A model generated the notes under the pieces. That model was not told where the DNA came from. It made no database searches and saw only the letters and a list, made by a program, of their open reading frames with translations. From contig JAYWIR010000052.1 in the NCBI GenBank assembly GCA_036172245.1, positions 496,001 to 560,000 of the forward strand: DNA of 64,000 nt. The letters are read 5' to 3'. The translations under genes were made by a program, and so were the position numbers. The DNA comes from Raillietiella orientalis (lineage: Eukaryota). The stretch's first letter is position 1. The number at the start of each line of letters is the position of its first letter. Below are positions 38,679-51,532 of this stretch, piece by piece.

Positions 38679-41600
38679 ATACGGCTTGCTTGTTCTTCGG
38701 TTCGCGAAGCACTCGAGAGCCATTGTTTCGCCCCGCAGGGCTCGACGAGAGCCCTGAAGAGTCCACTCTCCCGCTATTCCAGGGAGCTAGTCGAAGGGGC
38801 ATCCAACCGTAGACGCGTGAGAGCGCCTTCCTACCGATGCACGCCCGAAGCCTGGGGCCGTCTCAGAGTCATCTCGCGGGCAGGCTCGTAACTCCTCCTA
38901 CGCATCCAGCTTGAAGGTGGCGCCGATCCCTCACGGGAGAGGGAGGGGCTTGGTCAAACCCTGACCACTACGCTAGAGTGCCAGGGACTCGCGGGGTCGA
39001 CCGCAGACCTGCTGGGCGGACGGCAGGACACCCGAAGCGGCATCAACAGCGCCGCCAGCAGCCCGGGTGAGGAGCCCAAGAGCTCCGCTTCCCGATGCCG
39101 TCTCGTCGTCGTCGGCTTCGCCGCGGCGACCGGCGCAGCCACCGCCGTCGGCGCCTCTGATCCTCTCATCGGCAATCGGAGCGTGACCGTGACGGAACGC
39201 TGGCAAGGGTCCCGCGGATCCCGCACGATGTGTAATGGCTCCTTCCTCCTCCCGACCAGGAAAGGAAAATTCCCATCAGGCTGGGGGGGGGGGGTCGTTT
39301 TCGCGAAACTTGCCTCCTCCGCACTTCCTCCGGAAACGCGAGGAAGCAAGTCGGCCACCTACCCGAGAGACGATCCCTCCTGGGTGATCCCGCATCGGGA
39401 GATGGCGGCAGCCGTCACGAGTGAGTTCACGGGCGCACGGCCTTCCCATCTGTTTCTCTCCACGTCTGCGGGGAGGGAGGGAAAGGAAGGGGAGGGGGGG
39501 ACGGTTTCGTTTTCCTCTGGACGGGGTCTACTCTCCCAGGCGTGGGAGGAAAAGGAAGAAGGGGGTAGCCAGACGACACAGCCGCGCTCCTCCCTCCCCC
39601 TTCGGCGGACCTTGGCATCCGCGGTCTCTCTCTTTCGCGCGCGCTGCTGCTGCACCACGAGGGCGGCTGTTCCCGAGGCCCGCTCTCCTCGCGGGGTCCC
39701 GGGCGCCGTCCGCCGGAAGGGCAGTTGCCCTGCAGGCCTGCTCCTGCGCTTCCGGCGCCAGCAGCCAGCGGACTCTGAAAAGTCTCCCCTTCCCTTTCCC
39801 CCGCGAGTCGCTTCGTACCACCGCTCGTGCAGTGGTGGGCACGCGCGGGGCAGGTGCGGCCCGCGTCGCAGCGCGGGAGGGGCGTGTCCTCCTTCCTCTC
39901 AGACCAGGAACGACCCCCACCGGTCTCGGTTCGGAGGGCCGACCCAGTCTGCTGCCTGCCTCCCGAACCCAGCAGAAGGGGCTGGCGAGAATTCCGGAAG
40001 GCTTTCGGTTTCCCGAACGGAAAAGGCAGCGTGGCGCGAGCCCGTGCTCGATCCGTGTTCTTCCCGCCGTATCTCCCTTCAGCCACTGCCTCATTGATTT
40101 CAAGTTTGCCGACAAGCGGCAAGCGTTCCCCGCCTAATCCCCGGTGGCAGTTTCAACCATTTTATCTTGGACGTTAACGAGGCGGTCTCCCGGGTTTGCA
40201 CGTCCTTGCCGCTCGCGAGATAAGCCAGAAGAAGAAAGGGAGAGGAAAGGATGAAATAAAAAATAAATAAAGTCAAATAAAATGCGGGTTCACTGGGGGG
40301 AGGAGGGGAGTTCCCCTTCGCGCTCGCGTCGATCGAAGAAACGGGAAAAGCGAAGGAAGAGTGGCAATGCCGAAGTCGTTCGGGAGATTCGCGCTTCTCT
40401 CTTTCCGCTTCCCGTGGCAACGGGCGGACGCGGAAGAGGCGCTTCGCAGCCGACGGGCAGCCAGCGGCGAACCGGGCCGATGGCCCTCGCGGTTCCCATG
40501 TCTACGTGCAGGACAGGCGAAGGGCAATTTCGGCAAGGCGCGCTGGATGCGAACCCAGAAAGTGCATTAAAAGTCATCACGGCTGAAGATAACTGAGCGT
40601 CGTATGTCATCATTATCTGAGCAATCGAAAGCTCGAAGCCCGTCGGCCGTAAATACGTCACGGGCGGGGAAATTCGCCGTAACGCAATCATGGACCGGAA
40701 ATTCCAGCAGGTGGGGTTGCGTTCCGTTCCGAACCCCCCCCCCCCTTTTTTTTTTTCTTCGCGGAGGAGGGGAGTGCGTGTGTGTGTGTGCATGTGTGAG
40801 TGTGTGTTTTTTTGGAAGAGGGGTGGGGTGGGGTGCCCTTTTGAGTTTGCTTTGTCTTTTTCTGGCTTTTCCCTTCTCCCTCGGGAGGCGAAAGAGGCGT
40901 GCCGAGTTCACCCCAACTGTACATAAAATGGTCGTCACACCGGGAGGAAGAAAAGTTTCGCTCCCTTTTGACGAAACCCGCGATGGATTGATTCTTCTTC
41001 CGCCCTCCCCCCCCCCTCCTTTCGCCTCTCTCCTTGTGTTGTTTCGTTACTTCCGCAAGCTGGGGGCGACGATGCCCAAACAAACGACTGGAACCCGTGC
41101 AAGACATGGGAAAGGAAAACCCGTTGAAGACAGTCCCTTTTGGGGAGAGCCGATACATACATACATATATATATATATATAAACGGGACTCTCACCCACC
41201 CACCATCTCAACTGCAATAAGAATGAGGGGGGGGAGGGGTCGGGATTTGTTTTCCCCGTCTTCCTGATCCGCAAGGAAAAACTCCTTCCTTTCCGCGCCC
41301 ACCCGTTCTTCGTGGGTCTGCCCGACATCTCCGTTGCAGCGAGCGCACGTGGGGTGTGGCGCAGGCATTGCGTTTCCTCCGCGCTCGTGACGTCCACCTC
41401 GGCCCACGTCTGACCCGCTCCCCATGTGTTTGGGGCGGTGAGGGTGCACGGCAGCCTCAGCCCTCTGCTCTTCATCTCCCACGCTGAGATGGTGCCGAGT
41501 GCGACTCTGGCCGCCCGGCCGAGTCCGTGCCCCGTGCCGGCCTCTGCCGAAACGACCCTCTGCTGCTGTTTCCCGCCCCATGTCCATCCCGGCGGCACTC

Positions 41601-42699
41601 GAGGGTCTCCATCTGGGAGCTTGTATGAGCTGAACGAATGATGCGGCGTGGGCCGGACAGGCTGGCTCCGTCTTGGAATCCCCACGGACAAGCACTCGGG
41701 AGTGCTCGGGAGTTTCGTTCGGGGACTTCTCCCTTGGGGAAGCGTGGCTCGGGGCTGTCCCCAAAAGGCAGCTTCTGCTCTCGACCCGCTCCCGGATGGA
41801 AGGTCCGTTCTGCTGGGATGGGACGCTGCGTGGAGCGCGTGGAACGCGCTTGCGACTCTCCTCCTCCGCCTTCTGCTTTTTTCTTTGCCACGCCCCAGCG
41901 AGATCGAAAAGCGTACCGAGGATCTCGTGGGAAGAGCCCTTGGGGGCGCAGGGAGCTCCCGAGCACTCTTGAAGGACCACGTCTTCCCCGCGCCGCCGGG
42001 ATGGTAGGTTTGGCGCCTCGTCACCGGGTCTGACGAAGAGCCAGCTCCCTTCCCAAAGACCGGCCCCTTCGGAGGACAAATAGCTGCGGCACCCCAACCC
42101 CCCGCGCGTGATGCCAGGTGTCGCGGGTTGGAATCCCTCCAGGGGAAGCCTCGATGTCCCCGGGAAATGGGAGTGCGTCATTGGTTCGAGTTCCTCCCGC
42201 AAGATGACGTTAGTCGGCCTGTAGACTTCGAGTGTGGAGGCACTGGTAGCTCGGATGAAACCGGATACCCCGATGGGTGGCCTGGGCTGGGAGTCGACCC
42301 TCTGAGTTGCTTCCAGGAATCAATGAGTCCGGTTTCCTTCGGAGTTCCCCCCCCCCCCGGGTTGTGCAAAGGAGAGGACCCCTCTTCCTTCGGGGGAGGG
42401 AGGCACGAGTACCAAACCTCCGCAGGGAAGGAATCTCCAAAGGGGCGCGGCAAGGCGCTGCCGTGGTGCTGCTGCCCCGAGCGGGTGAGGTCGGGCCACC
42501 TGGGTCACATCGCGCTCGCAGGAACGGAACGATCTTCGACCCTTTTCGCGCTCGCGTCCGCTCCCCGATGCACGGGACGGACGTTTCTTTGCCGTCTTTC
42601 CGACCACGCGCAGGTGGCGGGAATGTGGTCGTTTTGTCGAGTGGTGGTGGATTTCGGGTGGATTCGCGGCGGGGGATTCCACACGAGGCCATAAACGAG

Positions 42700-43435
42700 G
42701 GTGGAAGGGAATTTCGCCACCCCTCATCCTATGGAGGCGGGGCCGGCTGCCTCCGAGGAGTCAACTCCCGGGAGCGCAAATGCGTGGAGACAGGTGGCCG
42801 CCGCCTCGATACACGACGGCGGAAAGACTTGGTGGCGCCACGCCAGGACGCCAGATTGGGCATCCTGACTATTGAGAAGATCAGACTGCAAGTACAGTTC
42901 CGACTTCTCTCCCTGTGTGGCAGATTGTGGTCTTCCCATTGGTATGCTCCGGCGCGCATAGCATCCTCCAGCAATGCGTCGGCGGCGTAGGACTTCTTTC
43001 GCTACCGCCGCGCAACCTATGCCAGAAGACTGGATTCGGCTACCCCCTGAGGCATCTGTCCTCGTTGCTGCTATCCCATCTGTGGATCTCCTGCTGCCCA
43101 TAAACTGGAATGTCTGGTGGCAGTAATCTCTGGAGCGCTGGACTGCCAGTTTGGAATTGCGCCCAGAGGAACTGCAACAGGGTCTCCTACGCAGACCGCT
43201 GAGAGATGTCCTGCAAGAATGGACTCAATCGTACCGGTTGGCCGCCTCGCCTCTTGCTGCGGCACTGTCTCCCCTCAGGGAAAGAAATGACAGCAGCCAA
43301 CCGGCGGGGTGGAAGTTCTGCAACATTGCAGGAGTCGAAAAACTCCTGCACGGCGGCAAGACGAGCGGTTTGGTTGGTGGGCGGCGCCATTCCTCGTTTC
43401 AGGGCAAAGGGACTGCTTCGGTGGAGTGAGCTGTT
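42700..43435 (-). mobile_element. L1/Tx1-like ORF2 relic (post-RT region)
   Basis: SPFALKRGMAPPTNQTARLAAVQEFFDSC; paralogous to 50170-50830 (SPFFVRGRGVGAVHQHAARLAAIREFVDSC); resembles the P..GGLG region that follows the L1-clade RT. Confidence 0.55.
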
Positions 43436-43436
43436 T

Positions 43437-44230
43437 GGTTTATCACCCGGTCACGCCGGGACGCTTATTATAAAAAGTAATTAACATACATGTGTAGGGC
43501 CATCCTTTGTCCGAAAATGCTAGGAACCCGCCGAGTAACCAACACGCACGCCGGCGAGGTTCGCCTCGGCAGCGGAGGGAGAGGGGGCGAACAAAAAATA
43601 AACAAAAAAAATATATACAAAAATTGGGAGGGTCAGGAAAAGGATCACTGTTCGCTGGAGGGCGTTCCATCCGAGTGCGCCCCAGGGGAAGGGGCATCTT
43701 GCTGCCGTCCGCAGGAAGCGCAGGGCGAAGTAGATGGCGTCCCTGTCGCGCCGTCCTCCTATCGCGTAGCTCCAGACCCCCACAATCCTACGTAGGCAGC
43801 AGCAAAGAACTGCTGGGGATGCGGCAGGCGAAAGGGCATCGCGCACGAAGAGGCGCTTCGTCACGTCTCTAGGATTGTCCGTCGGTGCACCGAGGGCCGT
43901 CGAGAATCGCCACCACAGGGGCCGGAGGGCAACACAGTCTACAAGTAGGTGCAGAAAGGATTTCCGTTTCCTGCATCTGCAACAGTTGTGCTCCACAGCC
44001 TCTCGGGTCCAGTGGGAGCGGCGGACTTTGCACGTCACTTTGCGGGGTGACCGCATGACAGTGCTGGACGCCTGCTGCCCGCTCGAGGGGGGGCGTTCGA
44101 CACACCTGGGAAAAGCAAGATGGAGGAAGTTCAAAGGAGCGGCCCTCGGGCAAACCAGTGTAAAGGGGGCGCTGCGAAGCGCGCGCCCTCGTCGTCGACG
44201 GTCCACCTAGGATCCAGGAAACGAAGAGGC
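43437..44230 (-). mobile_element. L1/Tx1-like non-LTR retrotransposon 3' end with ORF2 C-terminal CCHC zinc finger
   Basis: ORF 43520-44206 contains HWTREAVEHNCCRCRKRKSFLHLLVDCVALRPLWWRF (C-x2-C...H-x4-C...W), then a U-rich 3' UTR, AATAAG and the terminal hairpin CCCGG-CGTGA-CCGGG. Confidence 0.75.
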
Positions 44231-44699
44231 GCCGCGCGGTCTCGGAGTGAATTCCTGGAGAGTCTCCAGGAAGCACTCGGAGAGGCTCTCTGGGGACATC
44301 CACGTGACACACGTCACAGGAAGAACACCGAAATCCTTTCCGGGTTCCCTTCGGGGAAGGACCGAGAAGTGGCCCCTTCCAGAGACAACCGGGGTGTGGG
44401 TTCCCTCTTGGGAGTCAGGGAGAGGACGGAACCCCTTCCTCAGGAGCCCTTCCTGGACTCATCGGGTGGTCCCCTCCCTGGGGTCATCCCCCCTATAACT
44501 TGAAGGGTCAGCACGCATCCCCGGGCGGCGTGGATGGTGCTCAAAGAGCCACGTCGTGACCCTTCTCCCACTCTCTCCGAGAAGGAGAACGGCTCTTCAG
44601 CACCCTTGGAGAAGCAAAAAAGAAAGCAGCTGGGAGGGAGGCAGCGGAACCCCCCCCTGCCGTCCTCTGTTGGCTGCTCCATCCGTTCGTCCTCTCCCT

Positions 44700-46540
44700 T
44701 TCTCTCCCACCGCGGTCGGTTGGCGGCAGCAGGGGAAGAGGGGGGAGGAACGAGCAAAAACAAGAATAAAAAGAAATAGGAAAACCTTGAATGGCAGGCA
44801 GGAATAAGCCGCGAAGCGTCTGGGCAGCCTCCTACTGATGGACCTAGCCAGCTACTGATGGACCGACACTATCTCAAGCGCCCCACCACGTGGACTTTCC
44901 GGCTGGGGCGAGCTACTGGGAACTCCTCGCGAGGACCTCGAGTGGCCTCTGGTGCTTCTGGAGGCGGTCGCGACCTCCCCCTCAAGTAGCGGGAGTCGGA
45001 GCGCTTGCTGCGGGGGACCTCCCTCGCAACGCGCGCCGGCGCCTCCTGGACTCGGGGCAGTGGGGAATCGGACCGTTAAGGGTGCGGAGGGAGGAAGCAA
45101 GCTCCACACTTGTTTGCGGACTGTTTTGCCCTCCGTCCTCCACGGGAATGTTTCGCTGCGACCCTCCGGGTGCGGCGCTTCCTCTGCCGTTCTTCAGAGA
45201 GGATCCCCTTTCTCGTCGACCCACGGTCTCGTTCCGGTCGAGCGGACCACAAGCAGAGGTCTGACGGGATCGAGCCTTCTGCCCGCGAGGGTCACATCGG
45301 ACCTTCGGTGCTCTCTGAGCGAGACCTGCCTGCTCTGCTCCACGACTTGACCCATACCGACCACAGGGAGATCTTTCAGCTCTCCATTGCCAACGCTGGT
45401 GTTGCGCAGTCCCGCCGCGAAGGAGCGCGCAACCGATGCTGATCCTAGCTCGGCCCACCTCACGTGGAATAGCCAGCATCCCTGGACCAAGTGGACCTGC
45501 CTGCTGTGATCCTGCCTGCATTGCGGGCGTCAGGATTTGAACCCGGTCACGCTGGGACGCTCATTTTGCAAAACAACCACAAGTTTGAGGAAAAGAAGGG
45601 TGTCCCCTCAAAAAAAACAAGAGCCAAAAAAAAAAAAAAAAAAGTTTATGAGGGATAACCACCGGCACGCAGGTCGGCTCCCGAAAATTAGGGAACGGAA
45701 GGAGGGGACAATGAATAAATGAAAAAAGAGGGAGGATGGGGACAGGAATCTGGTTGAAGACGTTCCTTTCCTTCTAGAAGCGACTCTAGATGATGGCGAT
45801 CTCCCTAACGACTTGTTCTGGCAAGTGAGGTCACCTCGCTGAAGCCCTCATGAGGATTGCTGCCATGCTGGTGGCCCCTCTTCTTCGCGAATCTGACTTC
45901 AACATGTGGCGGACTGTCACGATGGAGCCGATGCAACAGATTTTTAAAATCACAGCGCCTTTCTTCAATCCACCTCCAATTAAGAAACGCCGCAGCAGGT
46001 TCCCGTGGCAGGATCCTGGGGTTGACGGAGAAGCGAATCGCCTTCACAAGTCCTGCAGGGCACTGCACTAAAACAACCGTAGACTGTTTAGGAAGGCAAT
46101 TCCCCTGGAAACCCGGTGTCTGCGCTGATTGCACTGGAATCCCCCCCAGTGCTGAAACAACAGAACATCCTGTTTCCAGCGTAGCCGGAACACGGAAGTG
46201 TCCATGCAAAGGGAAGGGACCGCGAGTCTTTCGGGGTGCACACCAAGCAGCTCACGACGGAGGCTCCAGATGCTCCAGTGGCGCGTCGGAGGCCGAGGCC
46301 TCCTGACGCTGGAGCGACTGAAGCTGCGGCTCCAGTGGAGGACTCCCGCCCTATGGCGAAGATGTGGTGCACGAACTGGTGCGAGCCCGCACGATACTCG
46401 GTCAAGTGAGCCACCGGCTACGCGCGATTGTCTTCGTTACTGGCGCGACAACGCAGTGCAACGTGTTCAGCTGAGGACTGGAGTTCCGACAGGTGGGCCA
46501 AGCTGACCAAGATCAACGACTGGATCTTCTGCCGGCCCGC
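44700..46540 (-). mobile_element. Two further L1/Tx1-like 3' fragments (about 44700-45480 and 45533-46540)
   Basis: Shared A-rich UTR blocks and terminal aatgagcgtcccagcgtgaccgggttcaaatcc (45533-45565, minus); nucleotide match to the plus-strand copy near 51190-51260. Confidence 0.55.
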
Positions 46541-46554
46541 GAACGGTAGTGCCT

Positions 46555-47135
46555 GATCCATGAAGACTCTGGACGCGGACAGCCCGTTCCTTTTACGCTT
46601 GGGAGGAAAATCCCGGAGGGAACCCCTCTCCCTGGTCGTTTCTGAGGGGAACCACGTCTTTCCAATTCTCCCCGGAGAGACCACCCGGACAAGGTTGCTC
46701 CTCGCTTCTTCTCGGGAGGGAACACGGAAAAAACCCGCTCCTTGTTTGACCCTCCGAGGAGAACCCCGAAGGGGCGCTTCCCAATTCCTCTGGAGAGGCG
46801 AGGCGACCCCCCGAGGGGGACATCAACCAGATCCATGGTAACGGCTCTATCGTCACAACCGGAAGGGAACCCGAAGGACTCCTTGACATCCTAGAAGGAC
46901 CTCGGAGGGTCGAATTCCAATCCTGGCCGATCAGAGGGGGGGCATCCGGTGGTTTCCGGCTTCGACCAGAGCCACCGCACCCGAATGAACCAACCAGTCA
47001 TCTTGCTGCAGAAGATCCAACCCACGACGCACCCCATTTCTCCAGAGTCCATCCTTCCCCTTGAGGGATTCGAACCCGCGACTCCAGGCACCAGGCGCAC
47101 GGGAGCCACAGCTACTCGGCCGCCGCCAGCTCCGG
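46555..47135 (-). mobile_element. SINE-like copy D (uninterrupted body, 3' truncated)
   Basis: B box 47065-47077 (minus), A-box-like GGCGGCCGAGTAG; body is colinear with both halves of copies A and B. Confidence 0.7.
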
Positions 47136-47139
47136 CAAG

Positions 47140-48400
47140 GCGGACGGCCTCGTGCTGAAAGCGCCACGAGCTGGTGACCTCGAAGACGCACCACGCAGGG
47201 ACGCGGCATCCTGACGCTGCAGTTCCTGTTCGGGATGATTCATGGGATGACGACTCGATGGCCGAGAAGTGCACGCGGTCTTTTGGCGAAGTTCAGAGGT
47301 GCGCGATCGGTCGCGAGAGAAGGGCGCCGTCGCTCTTCCCTCACAACCGAGGCTGCACAAGGACCACTCGTGTCCCCGCCATAGCTACCCTGCGAGAAGG
47401 GTAGACCACGACGCCTGGAAGCAGGAAGCAGCGGGCGTCGGGATCCGCATCCACGAGACTGAGACGCGACCCCGTGATTCCTCCCGTCCACAGCCCAGGA
47501 GCTGCCTCCCCAGAGGAAGTGGAGACGCACACTGCAAGAAACAGGTCCCCACCCCGAGCATGCCCTCCCCACGGGGGAACAACGGCAGCTGCCAGACAGC
47601 AGGGTTGGAGACCTCGTGGCAGGAGCAACGAAACTGGTGGGCCACTACTGGAAGACGACAGCGACTGGCAGCGACACCCAGTGCCCGAGGCAAAAGACCG
47701 CCCCGGCGGGCAGAATACCTGCGCATTCCGACGTCGGACATTCTGACCCCTCCCATCCCTCTGTCTGGACAGCCGTGTGCTCCCCCTCAGGCAGCGGCAC
47801 GAAGAGGCCTTGCTGCCCGCGCATCGGGGCTTCCCGTGCATCCGGCGGCGGCGACGGTCGAAGCTCCAGACGAGAGGGAGAGGTGTCTCCCCCAAACTGC
47901 GCCTGCTGCAGGGAGGTGGCAGCTCCCACGCACGGGATGTGGCCCGGGGGTGTGGCCGCCTTCGGAGCGCGAGGAAGAAGTTTCGCAGCTGCCCTGCTTC
48001 GACCCCAAGAAGACCCAGAGTTGCTGCCGCTCCCTACCTCGCGCGGTACGGGGTCTTGACCACCTATTTCCTCCATCGGGATCCATCCGGTGCTCGGCGG
48101 GAGGGTCGTGGCGTCCCGGAGCATCGAGGAGGGGAGTCAGCAGGGTAGGAGCATCGGGCGTCTCGACCCTTCGGCGACGAGGAACGTGGCGAGGTGGCTT
48201 TCCAGCATTCCGGGTAAAGGAGGACGCCGTCTGCACCGCGCGCAGATTGCGGAAGACGCGACGGGTGTGATCGGCAACTCTTGTCCTTTTCCTCCCTCTT
48301 CCTAAACCCTCCCTGCCCTTCTGCATGGCCGGCCTGCGAGTAGGTGATTTTCTTCTTCTTTCCACCTCTGGATTTTCTTTTTTTTTTTTTCCTTTGTAAA
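47140..48400 (+). mobile_element. L1/Tx1-like ORF2 relic (late RT to 3' UTR)
   Basis: HPDAAVPVRDD...TRSFGEVQRCAIGRE(K)...DAWKQEAAGVGIRI resembles the decayed YADD...F...SG..IN.EK...W region of L1-clade RT; UTR block gccggcctgcg shared with the copy near 51393. Confidence 0.45.
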
Positions 48401-48916
48401 ATAGTGGATTCACTCATCCACGTGGCCTGCCTGTTGTCCTTTGTCCGGAAAAGAAAGAAGACCCCGGAGAAACCTCGTGAAGACGAGAAACTCCCGCCAC
48501 TTTGAGGGGAGTGTGAAGCTGTCCGTCAGTGTCGCTGGAAGCTGCTGACCTTCTGGAGGAACGTCCAGAAGCTGCACCCAATGAAGAAGCCCTCTAGGTG
48601 GGACACTGGAAGTCAACGAGTTCTCGTGCAGTCCACTCATGGGGGGGCATTGCGTGGTGCACCTCCTCCGCATGCGGTCGGATGCTGCACGTCGCTTTCC
48701 ACCCTGGTGGTGTGCCACTGTTGAGAGCTTCGGGTCGTCACAGCTAGCCACGCCACCAAGACCCCTTCTCCCTTGGAATGGAAGGTGGGGAACTAGTATG
48801 AGAGATCCTGAAAGATTCCGCGGCAGACGAGAGAGTGGGGGAAGAGCTATCAGGGAGCAATTGATGTAGCGTTGGTTGCATAGCAACCATCTGGATGGAC
48901 ACGGATGACACCGTTG

Positions 48917-49850
48917 GGTTGGCATCCGGTTGTGCCGGGAGGTTTGTTTATATGAAATAAACAAACAGGTCTGTGAAAGGGCACTCGGTCCTTCCAACTT
49001 ACCGATGTAACCATGGAAAGCTGCCGAGGTACGGCACGCAGGTCGGCGAGGTGCGCCTCGGCAGCAGAGGGGAATGAGAAACAATAAAAAAGAAAAATAA
49101 AACAAAAAAATGTATATACAAAAAAATTAAGAGAGTTCGGGAAGGGATCACCGGGTGCTGGAGGGCGTCCTCTGCATCCTTGCCAGGATGTCGGCAAGTT
49201 TCTGTTTCAAGATTCCCAGATGGCGCCATCTTGACGCCCTCCTTAAGAAGAAGACTGCGAAATGGATGGCGTCCCTATCATCCTGGCCTCCTACCCTGAC
49301 GTTGCTGCATGCACTCACGATCCCGCTGCTGGAGGCGCGGCAGGCATGAGGGTGTCGCGCAGGAGGCAGGTCTGTGGGGTTGCCCTCGTGGATCCGCAGG
49401 GACACGGCGAAGCGTTCCCACAGGCGGGAAAAGGGCAACGCAATCCACGAGCAAGTGCTGAAGGGACTCTCTTTCGCCTCACCCGCCGCAGTTGGGGCTC
49501 AGCTCCTTCCCCGGATCCAGTGATGTCGGCGGGCGTTGTACGGGAGGCCCCATTGAAACAGCAAGATCGCCGACTCCTGCCACTTTAGAGGTTGAGCGCC
49601 ACTGTTTTAACACGCTGGGGGACACCGTGCCTCGGAATAAGGTACAGTGGCCCCCAACTGACACCGATGGGAGAGAGGAGGATGCGCAAGTTCCGGGAAG
49701 TCTGCCGAAGACTCCACATGGGACAGGATCCTCGCTAAACCACGAATTGCGCCGCCTGCTGACGGAACGGCTCGAGATAAGTCCCAGAGGCGTTCGATCT
49801 TCCCGAAGAAGTGCGTCGAAGAAAGGGGAACACTGATCGATCCTCCTTAG
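48917..49850 (-). mobile_element. L1/Tx1-like 3' fragment
   Basis: RLWERFAVSLRIHEGNP...DDRDAIHFAVFFLRRASRW; UTR closely matches 43540-43680 (ggcgaggt.cgcctcggcagc.gaggg...tatatacaaaaa). Confidence 0.7.
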
Positions 49851-50169
49851 CCGTCTATCCGAGAGGTTCGGGTCTTCTCTGCCTTGCGTGAAGGAGACAG
49901 CGGCTGCAAAGGTGCGTCGGAGATGGTTCGAAAAAAACAGGAAACCTCTCCACATCGTCCTTGCTTCCCCGACACCGGCTGGGGTTTCAAAGCTTTTCCC
50001 CGCTCCACCCCCATCCAACCCTTTTCCCCTGCGGAGCCACTCCTTTGGTCCCGAGGCGAAATCTTCTCATCCTCGCACTCGAAACCGAAGCGGGAGGTCC
50101 GGGTTCGAAAGGGAGCGTTATCCAGGCCGCCCCCATTCCCTCTGGGAGTGGTGAGCACCGGGAAATGAG

Positions 50170-50830
50170 GAAAAGGCAGGAACAGCATCCCTCGAGATGA
50201 GGCTGGGGGAGTCGGGACTGCAGGCTCAGTCCCGGTTCCCGTCCCTGTTTTGGCAAATTGTGGCCTTGCCACTGGTGTGTGCTCCGGCACACCACATCCT
50301 CCGGTAATGCTATGGAAGCACAAGACTTCTTTTGCTGCTGCCGCGCAACCTACGCGGGAAGATCGGAGTTGGCTACCCACTGAGGCACTCGTCCTCGCTT
50401 CTGGCGGCTCACTCGTGGATCTCCTAGTTGCCGTCCCCGGAACTGGAACGCCTGGAGGCAGGAGACGCTGGGGCCCAGGGTTGCCACTCCAGAAGTGCGC
50501 CCACAGGAACTGCATCCTCTGCGGCGACTCCCATGCGCACTGTTTGCAGATCTCCCGCAGGATTGGATGCAGTGGCCCCGGGTGACCCCCACGCTCCTTG
50601 CCGCGCAGCACAACCGTCTGCCCTCGGGGCGAGCGGCGACAGCAGCAGACCAGCGGGGCGGGTATTGCCCTGCACCATCACAGGAGTCGACGAACTCCCG
50701 GATGGCTGCTAAACGAGCGGCGTGTTGGTGGACGGCGCCCACTCCTCGTCCCCGGACGAAGAAGGGGCTCCTTCGGTGGAGCGACCTGCTCGATGTGCCC
50801 CCCTCGAAGAACTCGCAGCCCCTTCCCCCC
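50170..50830 (-). mobile_element. L1/Tx1-like ORF2 relic (post-RT region)
   Basis: Paralogous to 42700-43435 at nucleotide and peptide level (PILREICKQ...QFLWAHF...QRLLPP). Confidence 0.55.
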
Positions 50831-51532
50831 TGTGTGTGCGCACACCTCCGCTCCGTTGGAAACGTTCAGGATGTCCTGCTGCTCCTGCACTGGGGATCGC
50901 CGTGGCAACCAGGTTTCCGGGGGAGCTGCCACCTCGAACCGCCCCAGGTGCGGGACGATGGAGTCGCTCCCTGCGCCTCCTGCTGGACTGCAGCGCCCTC
51001 CGCGCACACACGGCGGTGCGACTCGCTTCGGCGCTCCGCCACCCAGCGGCCAGTGCGAAGGACTTGCCGCGGCGCTTCTTCTTCACGCAAGGCGGGATGA
51101 AAACGGACTTTGCGAGCGCAGCCTTCTGTTGCATCGGCACCAAAGCGACACAGCCCGGTCCGTGATGGAGTCGCGTCCTCGGAGAGAGGAGGAGACCAGC
51201 AGCATGGCAACCGCCACCCTCACGAGGTGGGGCCTCACCTGCCAGCAGAAGTCATCAGAGAGGCCGTCACCATGCACAGCCGCTTCTAGAAAGAGAGGAA
51301 CGAAGAAAGACCAAAGACCCCCCTGTCCCTACCCGATCCTCTTTTTTTTATTTATTTGCTGTCCCCTTCCTCCGTTCCCTACTTCTATAGAAGCCGGCCT
51401 GCGTGCTGGTGGTCATCCTCAATGGACTTCTTTTCATTTTGGCACCTCTTGTAATCAGGAGACGCCCCTCCCCTCTGACTTGTGGGTTATTTTTTTAAAT
51501 AAACGTCCCGGCGTCATCGGGTGGAAGAAACC
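50830..51532 (+). mobile_element. L1/Tx1-like 3' end, plus strand
   Basis: Frameshifted RCGTMESL / RLLLDCSALRA...SAKDLPRRFFF; ends AATAAA (51498-51503) CGT CCCGG CGTCA TCGGG TGGAAGAAACC. Confidence 0.7.

Larger units (their letters stand above)
42075..44630 (+). mobile_element. SINE-like copy C (plus strand), split at about 42480/44230 by two antisense L1/Tx1-like fragments
   Basis: GGGTTGGAATCCC at 42125-42137. Body resumes at about 44230 (atcctttccgggttcccttcgg identical to copy B read on minus); tail block aacttgaagggtc near 44497; A-rich end near 44615. Confidence 0.65.

Noticed and set aside
38750..38800. Hammerhead ribozyme core (CTGAAGA)
   Set aside because: No complementary stem II or GAAA at the required position.
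35500..47135. Functional tRNA genes at the GGTTCGAATCCC sites
   Set aside because: Acceptor, D and anticodon arms differ between copies and do not fold consistently; each is attached to a long shared repeat body.
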